From Amphiscolops sp. MND2022 (lineage: Eukaryota): a stretch of 64,000 nucleotides of DNA. Shown here piece by piece: positions 46,900-60,600 of this stretch; positions within the stretch are counted from its first letter, which is position 1, and each line of letters starts with the position of its first letter. Where the stretch lies: positions 13,020,001-13,084,000 of the forward strand of contig OZ076420.1 in assembly GCA_964187785.1 (NCBI GenBank). Reading direction: 5' to 3'. The notes beneath the pieces are model-generated. The model was not told the origin of the DNA and did no database searches. It worked only from the letters and a program-made list of their open reading frames with translations. The position numbers and the translations under genes are program-made.

Positions 46900-48163
46900 G
46901 TACGAGTACTGAGTCGAAGGGAATTTGAAATTTGTCCATCGTTTGGGACGTTCGAAAACCGACTTTTCAAAAGTCTTTCCCGAATTTCAAATGCGCTCCT
47001 CTGAACCCTATAACAATCTGAATTCTTGTCAAAAAAGTGATTTGAGTGATTTTGAGAGAGGTTGAGTAGCGTTTTTGATCTAAATTGATTGAAAAGTTCG
47101 AAGGATTCATAAATGCCTAGATGAAGTCTGTCAAAGTTTTTGTTTTGGTTGAAAATATCTTTTCAGAATATCACATTTTGTTAAAAACAAGACGGAAAAT
47201 ATTCCGGTGCTTAGCAGGCTTCTTGTTTTCATATAGATCTTTTTCCGATGTATTGAAATAATTCTTGCCAATTTGTATGCCCATCTGTTTTAATCCGTGG
47301 CATTTTCGACCCATTATTGTAAGGGTACCGTAATCGTGCTCTTGATTTTATTTGTGATCTACTCAGTACCAAAAGATTTTCAATACAATCTGTTTCTGGT
47401 GCAAAGTTGTCAACAGATTCCATAATGGTCAATGCAATTTGATTCAAGTCTAATACACCTTCCTTCTTGATGTTTTTGATATTTCTTGAATTTCGACGAA
47501 ATTATAGAGTGATTGTTTCTTCCGATTTGTCTCAAAATTTACTTCTGTTTCGCCTATCACAGTGTAGTGGTCACTGGCCGATGAATCAACAGTCTCTTAT
47601 GAAACCGAAAAGCCTGCTATAACTCGATATTAGCAAGTTGCATGTCGGCGTCACGGTAGTAGGTAGACGGTTCTGCTTTCTGAAATCGAAAACACTCGAA
47701 GACTTTTATATTCTTTAATTTTTTCACTCTCAACTTTTGTATTAATATGAAAATCTTCAAAAGTCAACGAGTAAGTCTTTAGACTCCTCAGGAAATTCAG
47801 AAGTTTTTCCAAGTCAGGTAAGAACTATTTCATTTTTTGACGTTGAGTGTTGTATATTCAGCAACATCTCCTATATTTCACAGGAACGAAGTTTACTTGA
47901 ATTTCGAAATACAGAATGCAACACGGCCTCTCAGTTTTTTTACTTTGCTTCGATAGAACCTATTGGTACCCTTGTCATTCTAAACCTTTCAGGTTAGCGT
48001 TTTTCGAAAGCCATGTATCAGATATAGCAATTACCGCCGGTTTCTTTTTGTAAGATTCTAGTTTTGCAATCAGTTGGACATGATGTACTTTTATTGATTT
48101 TACATTTTCAAAGATTTTGCATTGATTCCCATCCAATAAATTTTTCCATTGTACTCTTTCCAT
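46900..48163 (-). mobile_element. Degenerate LINE fragment (APE endonuclease plus linker)
   Basis: KPAVIAISDTWL, RGRVAF, EDFHIN, SASDHY in APE order, then VDNFAP linker; multiple stops and frameshifts. Confidence 0.8.
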
Positions 48164-48519
48164 ATGAAAACAGACTTTGCTTAGTAGCAGAATGAAAGTT
48201 GTTTATGAACGAAGTTCTCCAGTCACGCTATCGCTCTCCATTGATACAACAGCCGTGTTATTTCACTTCGCGGTTATCACTTTGCGTTTCCACCTTGGCA
48301 ACACTTCTCGAAATCAAACTTTTGGCATTTGCTGACACTACATCAGTGAACTATAAAAAAAATGTCGATATGTTGCTTTATTTCACCTTGTACACGCGTA
48401 ACCCCGCAGCCTGCTTTTTTCATTTTCGAACCAGTCAGTATTTTTTGTTCGTGTTTTGTTTTTCCTGTGAAAGAGTGTCATCATTTGTTGAACCCAAAAC
48501 AGGACTCTTGTGTGAAGAG

Positions 48520-49635
48520 TTGGATATTCACACGCTCTACCCCTGCGCAACACCTCTCATCCATTCCGGGGCTGAGTTGGCCGGTACGTGTTTTTCAACT
48601 CCTCCCCATCTTCTTCAATGCCTTGCAAAAGCTCCAGGTACTAGAAGGAAGCAAAATATACTCTATGAAATTAAAACAAAAGGTTGTTTGCACCTCTGGT
48701 GTAAAAGATATTTGAAATTCGAGTTCTCGGTGACCTAGAAAATGCGCTCGAGAGGAGGAAAAACGCTCAAAAGTTGATAGAAAAGGATCGTTGTTACTGC
48801 TGAAAAACATTTTCAACAAACTTTGTGGGTTCTCGACTTTCGTTCTTGCTTTTTGTAATAAGTTTCTCAGTGAATGCATAGTGGAAATGGTTTTGCATAA
48901 TTTATCCATCTCACTAAAGTTTCCCTGTGTCTCATGTCCTTACAATGATGTTGTGATTTTGGAAAAACATTGAACAAAAATAAATAGTTTTGCTACTACT
49001 TTAACTTGTCCAGTTCCTTAAAAATAGTGGTTCTTACTTGCAATGATTCATCCTACTAGACAATCTCTCCACATAGTAATAGCTTTGATTTGGGGTTACC
49101 AAAAGTTCTGACTGACTTGTCTGCGAGTTGCGGTCACTCCATACGAACTCTATCAGACTTTGTCGAGGCTGAGATTTTGTTGTGATCATGGAATCATTGA
49201 ACTAACATCGATCTAATTTTGATGGATGATCAACCAAGGAGAAAAATCTTTTGAACTCACTACTGATCTGTCGTCTTTTTAAGTGAGATCATTCAATCAG
49301 AACGGTTATTATCATCAATACACCAGCCAGCAGGAAACTGTAGTAGAGTTCTCGAGGGAATGAAAAATACGTATTTTTAGAGCTTTCTCAAGTTGGTCTT
49401 GATAAAAACATTCCAGGTATACCCATTGAAAATGGATCCACTGCCTAAATCAAAATAACAATTCTTTGAAGTTTATCTGATGTTGAGAAATGATGATTGG
49501 GTCTTTGAAGATGGTCCACTCGACTATTTCGCTACAAGGGGGTGTGGTCAGAGATCCCTGATAGCGATAATAAGAGCCCAGTCTGTTTCCTTCCGGAGGA
49601 TAATTTAATTTTGTTGTCTAGGGAAGCAGTGTCAC
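48520..49635 (-). pseudogene. Alpha-carbonic anhydrase pseudogene, last two catalytic-domain exons (49617 or 49635 to 49477; 48640 to about 48520)
   Basis: [34 protein letters not shown] and YLELLQGIEEDGEELKNTYRPTQPRNG*EVL. The donor after QHQ reads AT; TGA at 48557-48559 replaces the conserved Arg. Confidence 0.85.
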
Positions 49636-49804
49636 CTGAAAATTTGGAGTCCAAATAAAAAAATGGAAAAGTTTAAAAGTAGGTAAACCTGCATCGAAGA
49701 TGTTATCTGCATCTGTGCAGATAACGCACCAAGTTAACATGGCTAGAGGTCTAATCATTGAAGTCAAACCGCATGAAAACTGTTCTGCGCTCATTTTGTA
49801 AAAA

Positions 49805-50688
49805 CCCAGGTTTTCGATCTTTGAGAATCTGTGCAGATCTGCAGGATTTTTGCTGCTCTTTGCAGATATATGCAGATCTGCAGATTTTTTGCAGATCTTT
49901 GCAGATATGTGCAGAACTGCAGAATTTTTGCAGATCTTTGCAGATATTTGCAGATTCGAAAAAAACTGACATACTCAGAAACACAATAAAAACCCCACAT
50001 CGATGTCAAAGGAACAATAAAAATGTATAAAACTGGAGAGAAGTCATATTTTTGTCAAAATGATGAAAAACTTTTCTGTAGCAATCTGTTACAGATCATT
50101 ACAGAGTCGAACACTGACCAATAAATTACTATAACGTATTCCAAGTTAACAGCAATTACTAAAAATACTCCAACAAACTATGTTGCGGAAATATTACAAC
50201 AACAACACTTTATCAACACATCTACCAACCCAGAAGGTTGCCACATGCCAAACTTTATCTGTCAAAACGAAGTCAATATGGTAAACGAGCCTCTCAAAGT
50301 TGAAAAACCAGTTCTGGAATGTTCAAGTGAAATGGATAATTTACGGTGTATAACCAATACTGCACTTTCTCCAGTCACGAAAATTACCGTGATGGGACAA
50401 ATTTTCCTTCTCGAGAAATCTGAGTGATGGAGAGTTTCAACTGACTGACTCTAGGTCAGCTAAAGTACTTGATAAAATAGTTGAAAAAGTCCAAAAATGC
50501 TGTGTATTGGTTCCTTGTAAGCTGCAGAAAAACATACTTCAGCAAAAATCTTTAAAGAAAATCTGCACACTTCTGTAAAAATCTTGCAGATCTGTATGGA
50601 TCTTCAAGATTCAGTGCAACGATCTTTGCAGAACCCCGCAGAAAAATCCTGCAAGTATGCACAGATTCGCAAAGATCGAAAACCTGGG
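49805..50688. mobile_element. TIR-bounded MITE-like element with internal gcagatct tandem repeats
   Basis: About 45-bp imperfect inverted repeats cccaggttttcgatctttg.gaatctgtgca (49805) and tgcacagattcgcaaagatcgaaaacctggg (ending 50688); tandem tgcagatc-type units at 49830-49960. Confidence 0.7.
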
Positions 50689-51079
50689 AAGTTCCAAAAA
50701 AAAACAAATCTCCTGGAAAAACCCGTTCTCCTCATTATTGATATACCTATGATGTAATACCTTCGTAATCATCTCCACGCCTAGTTGTCTGAATGTCTAG
50801 ACTTGATGTACGCACTTTGACTTTTATTATACTCATTTGTATTCATCTTATTTTATATCTGTAAAACACTTTCGATTTACATCCACTTCGCAACTGAAAT
50901 AAACGTTCTACCAAAAAGTTTTCAACTACATCTTCAGATCCAGACCTAATGCTGCAGTTCTGCTGCTAGCGTCTCCTTAAAGTGCTGAAAACTCCAATCT
51001 GAAATAACTTAACATACCAACAACAAACATGATTGCGGTCATCCTTTCAGTCCTTCCTTCTGTACTAATCACAAAAACT

Positions 51080-51474
51080 AACAAGACGGGAACGTCTCAA
51101 GTCGGCGCCATATCTTAGGCTCAAAAATATTCAAGGAACAACTATTGTAAAAATTTGGAAAAAAAAATTTTTCAAAGAAATTATTTTTGAAATTTTTTTC
51201 GAAAAAAAAAGAATTTTTTAAGTCGCAAAATGCCGAAAAAAAATCCAAAGGGGGGACCCTTTGGGCACGTCCGGTTGTGTATGTTTCCTTGAAAAAGTAA
51301 AAGCTGAAAGGGGGACCCTTTGGAGTAAAGTTTGCCTTCTGCGCAGAATTGCAGAATTGTAAGAAAAGTGGACCACTCAGAGTGAGATTGTCAACTGAAA
51401 AAAAAAACAAAAAAAAAACTACTCACTGTAAGAGTCGGGCTTTTTTCCTTAAGGGAAAAGGCGCCGACTAAAAA
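51080..51474 (-). mobile_element. Helentron/DINE-like family, copy 3
   Basis: Same aacaagacgggaacgtctcaagtcggcgc terminus and agtcggg..ttaa..gcgccgactaaaaa hairpin as 17614-18093. Confidence 0.65.
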
Positions 51475-52199
51475 TGATTCGACATTTCGTCGGTACAAAT
51501 CATCTGTACTAATCACCAAGTGTGATTCAGCATCTTTGCTGTTACAACCCTTCTTCTGAACTAACCATTTTCTAAAGTGATTCGATCTCGTAGTCGGTAC
51601 AAATCTCAACTCTTTCCCTTTTCTGTACAAATCGAATCGATTTTGGTTAAACATTGTTGTTGGTACAACTAATTTCATCGAGTTTTTCCTACATATCCCT
51701 CCTACGTACCCTCCTTCAATGATTCCGGGTGTGTTCTTATAATTTTGTTGTGTATTTTTGGCCGTTTTGCGATCTTGCTTCTCGTCATCGACAAATTCAT
51801 GGTTGATAAATTTTCGTCTCTTACATTTTGGAAATGCTTGTTTTTTAATGCATCTCATTGGAAAAATTGTTGATTCACTTTTTCAGTATCATCATTTCCC
51901 ATTCACTCCACCATTTCCCTTCCTTTCAACCGTTCGCTGATTTTTCTATCTCGCTCCCATTCTTACTATTAAACTTCATTCTCATTTTAACTAAAACTCC
52001 CCTTTTTAAATCTTTTTAATTAATGTTAACTCTCTCTAAACCTTATGCCCTATGCTCCTTTCCCGTTTGAACTGTTATCCAATAAAAGCACTCTCTAAAC
52101 TTTTACTTCTAGCCATTAATTCTCATTCTTCCCTCTTTAACATAATTCCACCCTCAACTCAATTTTCATTATCAATATATACTCTTTAAACTCCATCAT

Positions 52200-52730
52200 T
52201 ACTTTTACCCTCCAGCTATTACACCATCAATACAGCCTGATAACATACTAGGCAGACTGTGGTTAATGTTCAATCCTCAATGTTATTTATAATGGCCACC
52301 AATCCTCCTCCTCTCATTCCCCTTCCCATCGCTTTTGATGATTGCCAACAACATCTGCGAAGAGACATAGCTCAACGTATTAAAAAATTCCTAAACAACT
52401 TCATTTATAGTTCTACTGTTCCTCTTCCTTTTGAAACTTACCCAGAGAAAATTTACAGTCTACCTCTTATTCGTGAAAACCATGAATCTTCAATTTATTA
52501 GATAGACACACATTCTTTGACCGAAACTCCTGATGAACCTCCTTTTTCAATTCCTTTCACTTCTCCCCTTAACTCTACTGATTCGTTTCGAAAAACTATC
52601 CACCCAACTAATCTTTATATACCTATCACTCAAGTGTTTACTACCATTTTCAAAAATCTGTCTGAAAAGAACACTCTCTTGCCTTTACATGCTTTTACAC
52701 CCTCCGCTATACATGCAATTTTTTAATCTT
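52200..52730 (+). mobile_element. Pyrimidine-skewed coding-like remnant, possibly a Penelope-like RT C-terminal linker
   Basis: Two same-frame ORFs split by one stop (TYPEKIY..FSIPFTSP..FRKTIH..QVFTT); resemblance is weak. Confidence 0.25.
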
Positions 52731-53232
52731 CTCAAAATTGATCGATTTCGCACTATTGAAAACAATACTCACCATTGGCTTCAGACAGCATAACGATACA
52801 TATGCCTTCATCTCCATCATTAGGATACGTAAGCCGCAACGAACTAGCAAGATCTTGCTAGTTCGATTAACAGCCGATAAAATCGCGTTCTTATTTCAGA
52901 TACGCGTTACGAGTTTTGCTCGTTACACTGTGTGATTTGGCGTTACGCGTGGTGATCAAAATACAGTAAATGACTACTTTACACTCTCTACAATTACGTC
53001 CTTTGATTGGTTTACACTCCACACATGAATGGAAGTATCGTTTGGAGTTATTTTTAGTCCCGGTGTGTACCAAAATGTTACTGGTTTCCACGTTTCGCTA
53101 ATGTTGCTTGTAGTCTTCCCGAAAGGGAGAGAGGGAAAAAAAGTATATAAATGTGAGACTAAGTTGATAATAATTAATCATTATTTTGTTTGTAACTTAA
53201 ACTCTTTAAGTTAAAAAAATAAGTATAAAGTA

Positions 53233-53306
53233 TAAAATCTTTACGTCCCGAGAACAGTCCTATCGAGGAGTCGTTGATGATCTGTTGCCGGGACGTAAAG
53301 ATTTTA
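53233..53306. repeat. 74-nt hairpin with an 18-bp perfect outer stem
   Basis: taaaatctttacgtcccg ... cgggacgtaaagatttta. Confidence 0.9.
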
Positions 53307-54919
53307 CAGAAACAAACTTAAATTTTTACTCATGCCAAACAATATAAACTTTGAAAGACAAACTCTGACAAGACAACGAGATCTAAAAGTTGTTATTACT
53401 ATCGAAAGCTCGATTGATTTTATACGTGTCAAATGTTGCATGAGACAACCATCAAACGATGCCCCAAACATCCGGAAGATTTAAATAAAAAGTTTCAATA
53501 AAAGAAAGACTTCTTTCAAGATTTGATGGAATAAGGCACAATTTGGAAGAGCATTTTTTTAAAAACAGACAAAGTCAAAATGCATTGGTTTTCACTGGAA
53601 CTGTCTTTCACTGAAGAAAAGAAACAAGCTTGATTTCTTTTACAGAGCTTGAAATGTTTTTAAAGCTTTGTTCACCAAATCGAAGATTATTTCATGCCTC
53701 GAAATTTGCTAACCAATATAAACCACAACACAAAAGGTACGCATTCTATTAGGTACTAATTATATTCTCTTCCCAACAATTCCATCGCTATGTAGCACTC
53801 CGAAATGAATTAAACCATATAATTAAACCTACGTAATTCTAAAGACAAGAAACTTTGGTGCCATGTTTTGAAGGTTTGGAGCAGTTGCACATATTTGCCA
53901 AAAAGCTGCCAGAAATATTTTTGAAAATGTGATTTTGAATAACACTCTTCTGACAACATGTGCATTTTATTGGCTTTTCGCGCTTTTTAATAAAAAGCGA
54001 TCTTAGAATGAGAATTTTATTTGTTCTGGTAAAATATCAAAAGTATCAGTATATGTCATGCGGCATTGTGTATTATATGCCATACGGCATTATCATAACA
54101 TATATAGGGTAGTCCTCTCGGTTGACAATTTATACATCGACTCGGTATACATCAACTCGATATACATCCCTGGTTGATGAAAATTGCCAGCCTTGCAAAA
54201 TTTTTGCAAGATCTTTGCATCTAACACACTCGTTGAAACACCTTACAAATAAAGGAATTCCTTGCGGGAATCTTACAAGGAAATATAGTCCTTCTAAGAT
54301 CAATCAAAAAACCTAAAACCTTCTTGCAATACCTTTGTATTGCTGGCAAGGATCTTGCATGGGATGCATTCAAAACAAAGATCTTGTATGATTCTCTCAA
54401 GTTATATCAAGAGAATGCATAGAGATGTTAAAAGATTCTTACAAGATACCCGCAAGGAAACCATGTTTTCTCGACCTAGGATTCGCCGCTTTACGTCAAA
54501 TAGTTCATTAAAAAACTCTTTTCCTGACTTTTTACATTTCTTCTGTTACCGACTTATTCACTACTTTCATCAACAAGAATACTGAGAAATTTTCTGCCCT
54601 GTAAATTTTCCGCCCTCTAAATATTCCGCCCTCTAAATATTCCGCCATAAGTTTAAGGCTCGAGGGTAACCAATTACATCATGTTTTGTAAAAAAAAGCA
54701 CGATAGTATGTAGTGAAATATCACTTTGTAATTGATGTATTATTTTGTAGAAAAAAGTTAAGAACTTTCCAAGTTTATTTACATTAGGAAACTAAGTTTT
54801 TTCATGCAAGGGGCTCTAAGTTTCAAAGTTTGAACGTAAACTAATCAGGATATGGCCACATTTGTTCGCTACCCAATCATGAAGCATGGGCGGAAAAATA
54901 CAAACCTGGCAGCTCAAGA

Positions 54920-55080
54920 ATGGCCCGAAATCCTTTCATTTCATTAATCCTGGCTTCTTCTATACTGCTTTGCCTTTTCGGATATACACACATTTCTCTT
55001 CTCTATATAAAACTATCCCAGTCATCTAATTCTTGGTCATCTCTATCGATGAACCTTCGGGCCGTACCGTCGCCAAAAAG
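54920..55080 (+). CDS. GT32 paralogue B, exon 1 (signal anchor)
   Basis: MARNPFISLILASSILLCLFGYTHISLLYIKLSQ..SPK; donor AG|gtggat; collinear with 24770-24930. Confidence 0.75.
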
Positions 55081-55662
55081 GTGGATGAAAAATAAAAAGA
55101 TAGTTCTCAAAGATTTCCACAAAATTTTTCCAAACATTCTTCTTGTTTTTCATGTTTCTCCTTCGAACTAAAAAAAAGATGCACAGAAAAGTCGTTTAGA
55201 AATTGCAAAACTTTGTGAACAAGCCATGATCAAGAACTCGGGTAACAACTTCACCATGCTAAATAGACGCCCCGCTATATCAGCTGACTGGTTGCTGCAA
55301 TTTTGCGTACAAAGTAACAGAACCGTGAACAATGCCATAAATCTAATTCCGAAAAAGAAATCTTTCCAAAAATTTTACATAAAATTGAGCTTTCTAAGAA
55401 CTAAAAAAGTCCCTGGATAATGTCAATATTTTCTAAACAAGCAATAGCGAGCAACCCGGGTAACAACTACAACATGCTATATAGACCGCCCACCGTTTGA
55501 AATAACCGGTTGCTCCACTTTTTGTAACACAATCGTAAAAACTGTCAAAAATCAACATCCTCAAATGTCAGTGACCTTCAAGCTTGTGACCTTGGTCAAC
55601 TTGTGACATATTTTCAATAGCAAGATGTCACCTTTTTCCAAAAAAGTTCCTGAGACAAATAA

Positions 55663-56407
55663 TGTTTGTAATTATGGCCTATCGTCGACAGACTAACCGT
55701 GATTATTTCTGAAAAATTCGTTCAAGGACGAAACAGGGAACTGGAATTTGGCAACTTCAGGTATATTCCTCTAAAAGACTGCGTGTCTTTAAAAAAAGAC
55801 CTGCCAGCCAAGTTGAAAAGGCCCAGAACGACACAGAAGAAAAGAGAGACCCGCAAAAAGTAGAACAAAAGACCGCGTATCGAGAGAGTAAAGAAACGAA
55901 CTCAAACTCGCTAATTGTAAAGACTCTTTTCACCGTCACTTTCATTAGCATGTTGCTAGTAATTGTTGCAAATACTAAAAATGCGTCTTGTAGTTGCCTA
56001 ATCAAGCATCCGTGCTTGTGCCCCTTTAATCGTCATCTTGCCATCTGATCTGTGCAGTAAAATACCGATAAAATACCGATTTACCAAAATGTTCAGCTCG
56101 TGAGCTACTATTTTCACCAAAACCTGGAACGGGAATTAATCTTTACCACGACCTCATTTTTTAAAGGCTGTATGAGTGATAATTTCGACAAAAAAAGCGT
56201 AATTTGCACTATAAATAGCAGTTACAGACTGGAAAAAGACAGCGAGTGCTCCACACGAGGCGGAATCCTCCTCTGACGGGATGATTGTTACCCGAAGGAG
56301 GCAAAACGGATCTATGGTAATTGGAGCCAATCCTGGGCAAACACCTATGCCAAAGGTTCCTCCGGCTCCATGGGGAAGTGACGACTTGGTGAGAGCTTGT
56401 TGTTACA
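55663..56407 (+). repeat. Left LTR (about 745 bp)
   Basis: Homologous to 61382-62090, roughly 85% identical by eye, with indels. Confidence 0.85.
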
Positions 56408-57899
56408 TGGAGACAATAAATTATGGCGACAACAGAGGGATCGCCTCGGAGTGCTTCCCTTAACGGTTTTAAAACGGCTGACTCTCTGATGATGGACGCC
56501 AAGAACGACCAGACTCTGATGGAAGAGGAAAGAGACAGAGTTTTTCAACGATTTTACCCTTTGTGTTTGTCATTTGAGGCTTTACGCCTGGTGGATAACG
56601 TCTAATTCTCAAAACTCTCCCGTATTTTGCAGTATCGACATTTTCTTCGACAGGTATATGCTGTAAAATTTTGATCCTCTTAACGGTTTAGTTTATAATT
56701 GGTCCAGCGAGCAGTAGATAGGTCGCAGAAGGTGTAAAACTGTATTTTGTAGCCTTTTTCAGCGTTTTTGGCCATGGAAATGAGTGGCCATGAGTGTCAT
56801 GAAAGGGACGAACCTTGCTCAGACGATTGTTACACTTTGTCAAATCCAAGTTTTACGTACTCAACGATCCCATCTTTCCTGTACACGTACTAGACGGATG
56901 AAAATTTACGGAATCGTAGTGCAAGTGTTGACGCTTCTAACGGTGCAAACAGTTTATCTTTGACCGGTCTAGATGAGGAGAAAAAAAGGAAAGAAAACAC
57001 GACTCTCCAACCCGGGTAGTTTGAATTGTCCGGGCTAGGTTCAATTTTTTCTGGTGGCTCCAAATTTTGTGTGCAAACGTTTGGTAGTGTTAATACGAGC
57101 CTGCTGCTAGTGCGCTTGTGCTTTTGCACCAGTTTCACAGCAAAAAAAGCGTTTTTCATGTATTTTTTGCAGAAAGTGATAATTTTGGCATTCTGAGGCA
57201 AAATACCTAAATGAGCGTGAGCGCTCTAGCTACTAGCCACACTCTCGTATAAAACAAACAACATTAGCTCAGGATCCAAACGAATTCGCAAAAAAGACGT
57301 TAGGAAACTCAAAGTTGTCGACTAGAGCACTTTGTATGAAGCTTTGTGAGAAAAAGACCGTTTTCGTGAAAATTGACGAAAGCACCTCAAGAACAATACG
57401 ATTAATTCGCAGCACATTTTGAGGTACGAAAACGCTATTTTTTTGTCATTTTTGTCTAGTTCATCCTCAAAAATTTACACTAAAACTGTATTTTCCCATT
57501 TGGAGCCCATTTTAGCGTGCCCAGGAGTAAAACGTAAAGTTTAAAGTGAGCGATAATTTCATTAATGCACGAGCCTCTACCTACATACAACTTAACGCCT
57601 ATACGCAAAAATCGCGTAAAAAAATTTCTTTTCAGTGTTGGGAAAACTAAGAAAACGACATTTCCCAAAACAAGATAGGGTCACCTACATAGCAACCCTA
57701 TCTGAAAAACGGTTGATTTATCACCGAAATAAACTTCTTTTTGAATAAATGCACGTTTCTGTACTAACACGCTGTACAAGTTTCGTTACGCTACGACCAC
57801 TAGATCAAAAGTCAACCTTTTCGAGACGTACTAATGCGTGCATTTGGTTGCTATCACCATGTGGAAATCAATACCAAAGAAATTGAGCAAGAGTCGTAC

Positions 57900-60600
57900 C
57901 TAGTTGCGTTCTACCAATTCTCAAGGGGGGAAGGGGACAACAACAAAGCATCCCAGCGAACCAACAAAACCCGAACTAACCAAACCAGATGTCAGGATAA
58001 CATCTGACTACACATCTGATCCCAGGGAGGAAGACTGGCCACTGATGACAAATTTAAACTTGCTCCCGATTTTTCAGACCCGATATCAGACAACATATCT
58101 GAAGAATATCAGACAAGGGAAGTCACGAGGGCCATCGGAACAGTTGGAGAATCATCCGAAGAAGAAGAAAGCCAAACACAAACTTCAGAATGGTAGCAAA
58201 AACTACCCCGAAACATAACTCCTTTCGATGCTGACGATTCTAGGCCGTGGCCTAACTCCGATAGAACCAAAGAAGAGGATGACGATACAGAGGGAGCAGG
58301 TTCCTCAAACACAATAAGGGCACTTGAAGCTACAAGCATGACCAGTGACACTACAGCAGACCTTTTGCAAGAAATGACCTATGTGCGAAGTATGAACTAC
58401 GCTAGAACACGTCTATTGGAAGTAACGGGTCCTAAGACTTCCGGAAAAGAAAAGAAAGTAAGCCCCCCAGCCCTACTGGCACAAACAGCAACGACGGGAC
58501 CTCATGGCACATCACGTTCCGCATTACCATCATCCAGTGACGACGATCACGCGACGACGAACACGGCGCAATGAAGAAAACAATTGTTTCTGTATTTCTA
58601 GCTAGGCCCCTATGAACAGAACACACGCCAGCAACTTTGTCTGAGTGGCTCAGTAGGGCGGTAAACCTGCTACCTAGCGTTGAAGACAATTATTTAGATT
58701 CATTCAACCTTGACTTGCGAGACCAGTTTGAAGAACGAAATGCATTGCTAACTGGAGACAACTTCGAAATAAATTCTAGATATTCGAGAGATTTAGAGGC
58801 TCAACTACCAATGCCAAAAGAAAGGTTGCAGCTACGCCTTACAGGTGGACTCAACCGTCTTTAAAATTATCCCATCGATAACGTGCTCTCCGATGTGATG
58901 GTGATGACGATACCCCTATCCCGGATCCCAGAGATGGCGGAGGTTCTTGTAACCATGTTCGATCCTGAGATGACGGGAACCCATCGAGAAGGAGTCATCA
59001 TCAGCAACGTGTTTGACCATCTAGCGTGCTAGGGACTGAAGACCAGACTATCCGATAAAGAGCATTGAAACCCAACGACAGCGCAAAGAGTGGCAATCTT
59101 GAATGCAGTCACCAATCTGGCAAGATCTAAGGAGAAGGCTTCGCTATTTTTGCCCCGAGCATGCGAGTGAACAGCAGAGACTTACGCTAATCCTGGCTTT
59201 CCTTCATGGGGTACATAGGGTGTCCCTAATTTTGCAGTTAGTCGAGAAAACAGGAATTTCACAACTGACACTAGATAATGCAATTTATTTTGACCACGGC
59301 ATGAGAATGGCACTTTTGATGTTCAATGCAGAGGCAGAAAGAAGGTTGTCAGAACCGTCAACTGCTGAATGTGAAGGCATCAGATTGCATAACTGGATAG
59401 AGCGTGAGCGCTCCTATGGTGAGAAAACGCCAATAAAAACAGAACTAACTGAAGCCACTGCACAGATGGGGAAGGTATCCGAAAACCGTGAGGGCGAACG
59501 TGCAATACCAAGAGTACGGTTTGCCACAGACATCTGCTTGACAGAAATGTCGTTTGGAGTAAAGTACATCGCGGCCAGACTCACGTATGAAACGTATGCA
59601 GAAATTCAGGCTAGAGATACGACAAAAAGTACCAAAAAGGACAAGCTGTCAAAATCAGTATTCCCCCTGATGTTGGCTTTCGGTTAACAACAATTCGTAG
59701 CAGAACCAGTAATGATCCTCGCTGAGTTGAGAGCGGAGTTCAGCTTTGAACGTCTCTTGTCGTATCTGGTAATGGCCATAGGCGACATGAAGGGGCTTCT
59801 TGCATTTGCCGAATTTCTGATGGAAAAGGAGGCTCAAGGTCATCCAGAACATGTGGAGGCAATGAGATCGTTTCTTTGGCATTGGGTATACTGTATTCTG
59901 GTAAATTCTTCAGGTTTGTTTGTTGGGACTCTTCCCAGCCCCTACACGACAGTCGCCAACTAACCTCAGAAGTTGCGGGGTTCTAAAAACTGAAACTGAA
60001 TCAATTGGCAGATTTTACGTTATCCGAAGTTGAAGACCTAGTGCCAGTGTTGGCACCCGTGCTAACCCCCATCTATGGCGCAATCGGGATCTTCAGGTAC
60101 CCGACTAAACCCTTGCATGTGGCCTCGGAAACAAAGTTCACTTCTTATTAACATTCTATAAAACTAAGAAGCCACACGACTATCAGCTGATGTTGGAGCG
60201 CGGTCTATTCTTACATGTGCCGCTGATGTACACCACCATAAAATCCGAGATCCAGCAGGACAAAAATCTGATGGGGATTCAGCGTCCTCGAACAAAGAAG
60301 GCGTGTTGGATCCGCATCCCCTAGCCAGTTGGATATTGAAATTTCCCAGCCACCAGTGATGATGTTACCGAGACCATCCATCGCAGGCCGCGACCAATCA
60401 GGAGGGAAGAGAAGAGCACTCCCCGTAACCGTTGATTCAAACTTCTATCGTAAACCTCCTCGAAGATGTTGATGGCCCGAGGGTGCGGCGACCCCAGAGA
60501 ATACAGAAATCGTCCAAGAGAACGAACAAAGATCCCTAGATGAGGTCACAGAGAAGGATTATGACCAACAGAAAGAGAGGCACAACTCAGCAGCCCCATG
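57900..60600 (+). pseudogene. Fragmented long ORF of unknown family inside the second LTR element
   Basis: Chain of plus-strand ORFs (57904, 58338, 58637, 59103, 59712) with coding-like composition, separated by stops and frameshifts; AATAAA near 60885; no RT, integrase or protease motifs seen. Confidence 0.55.

Noticed and set aside
48199-48738. 179-aa plus-strand ORF
   Set aside because: It lies opposite the carbonic anhydrase exon and has no motif of its own.
49820-49965. CRISPR-like array
   Set aside because: Degenerate contiguous tandem units with no unique spacers, in a eukaryotic context.
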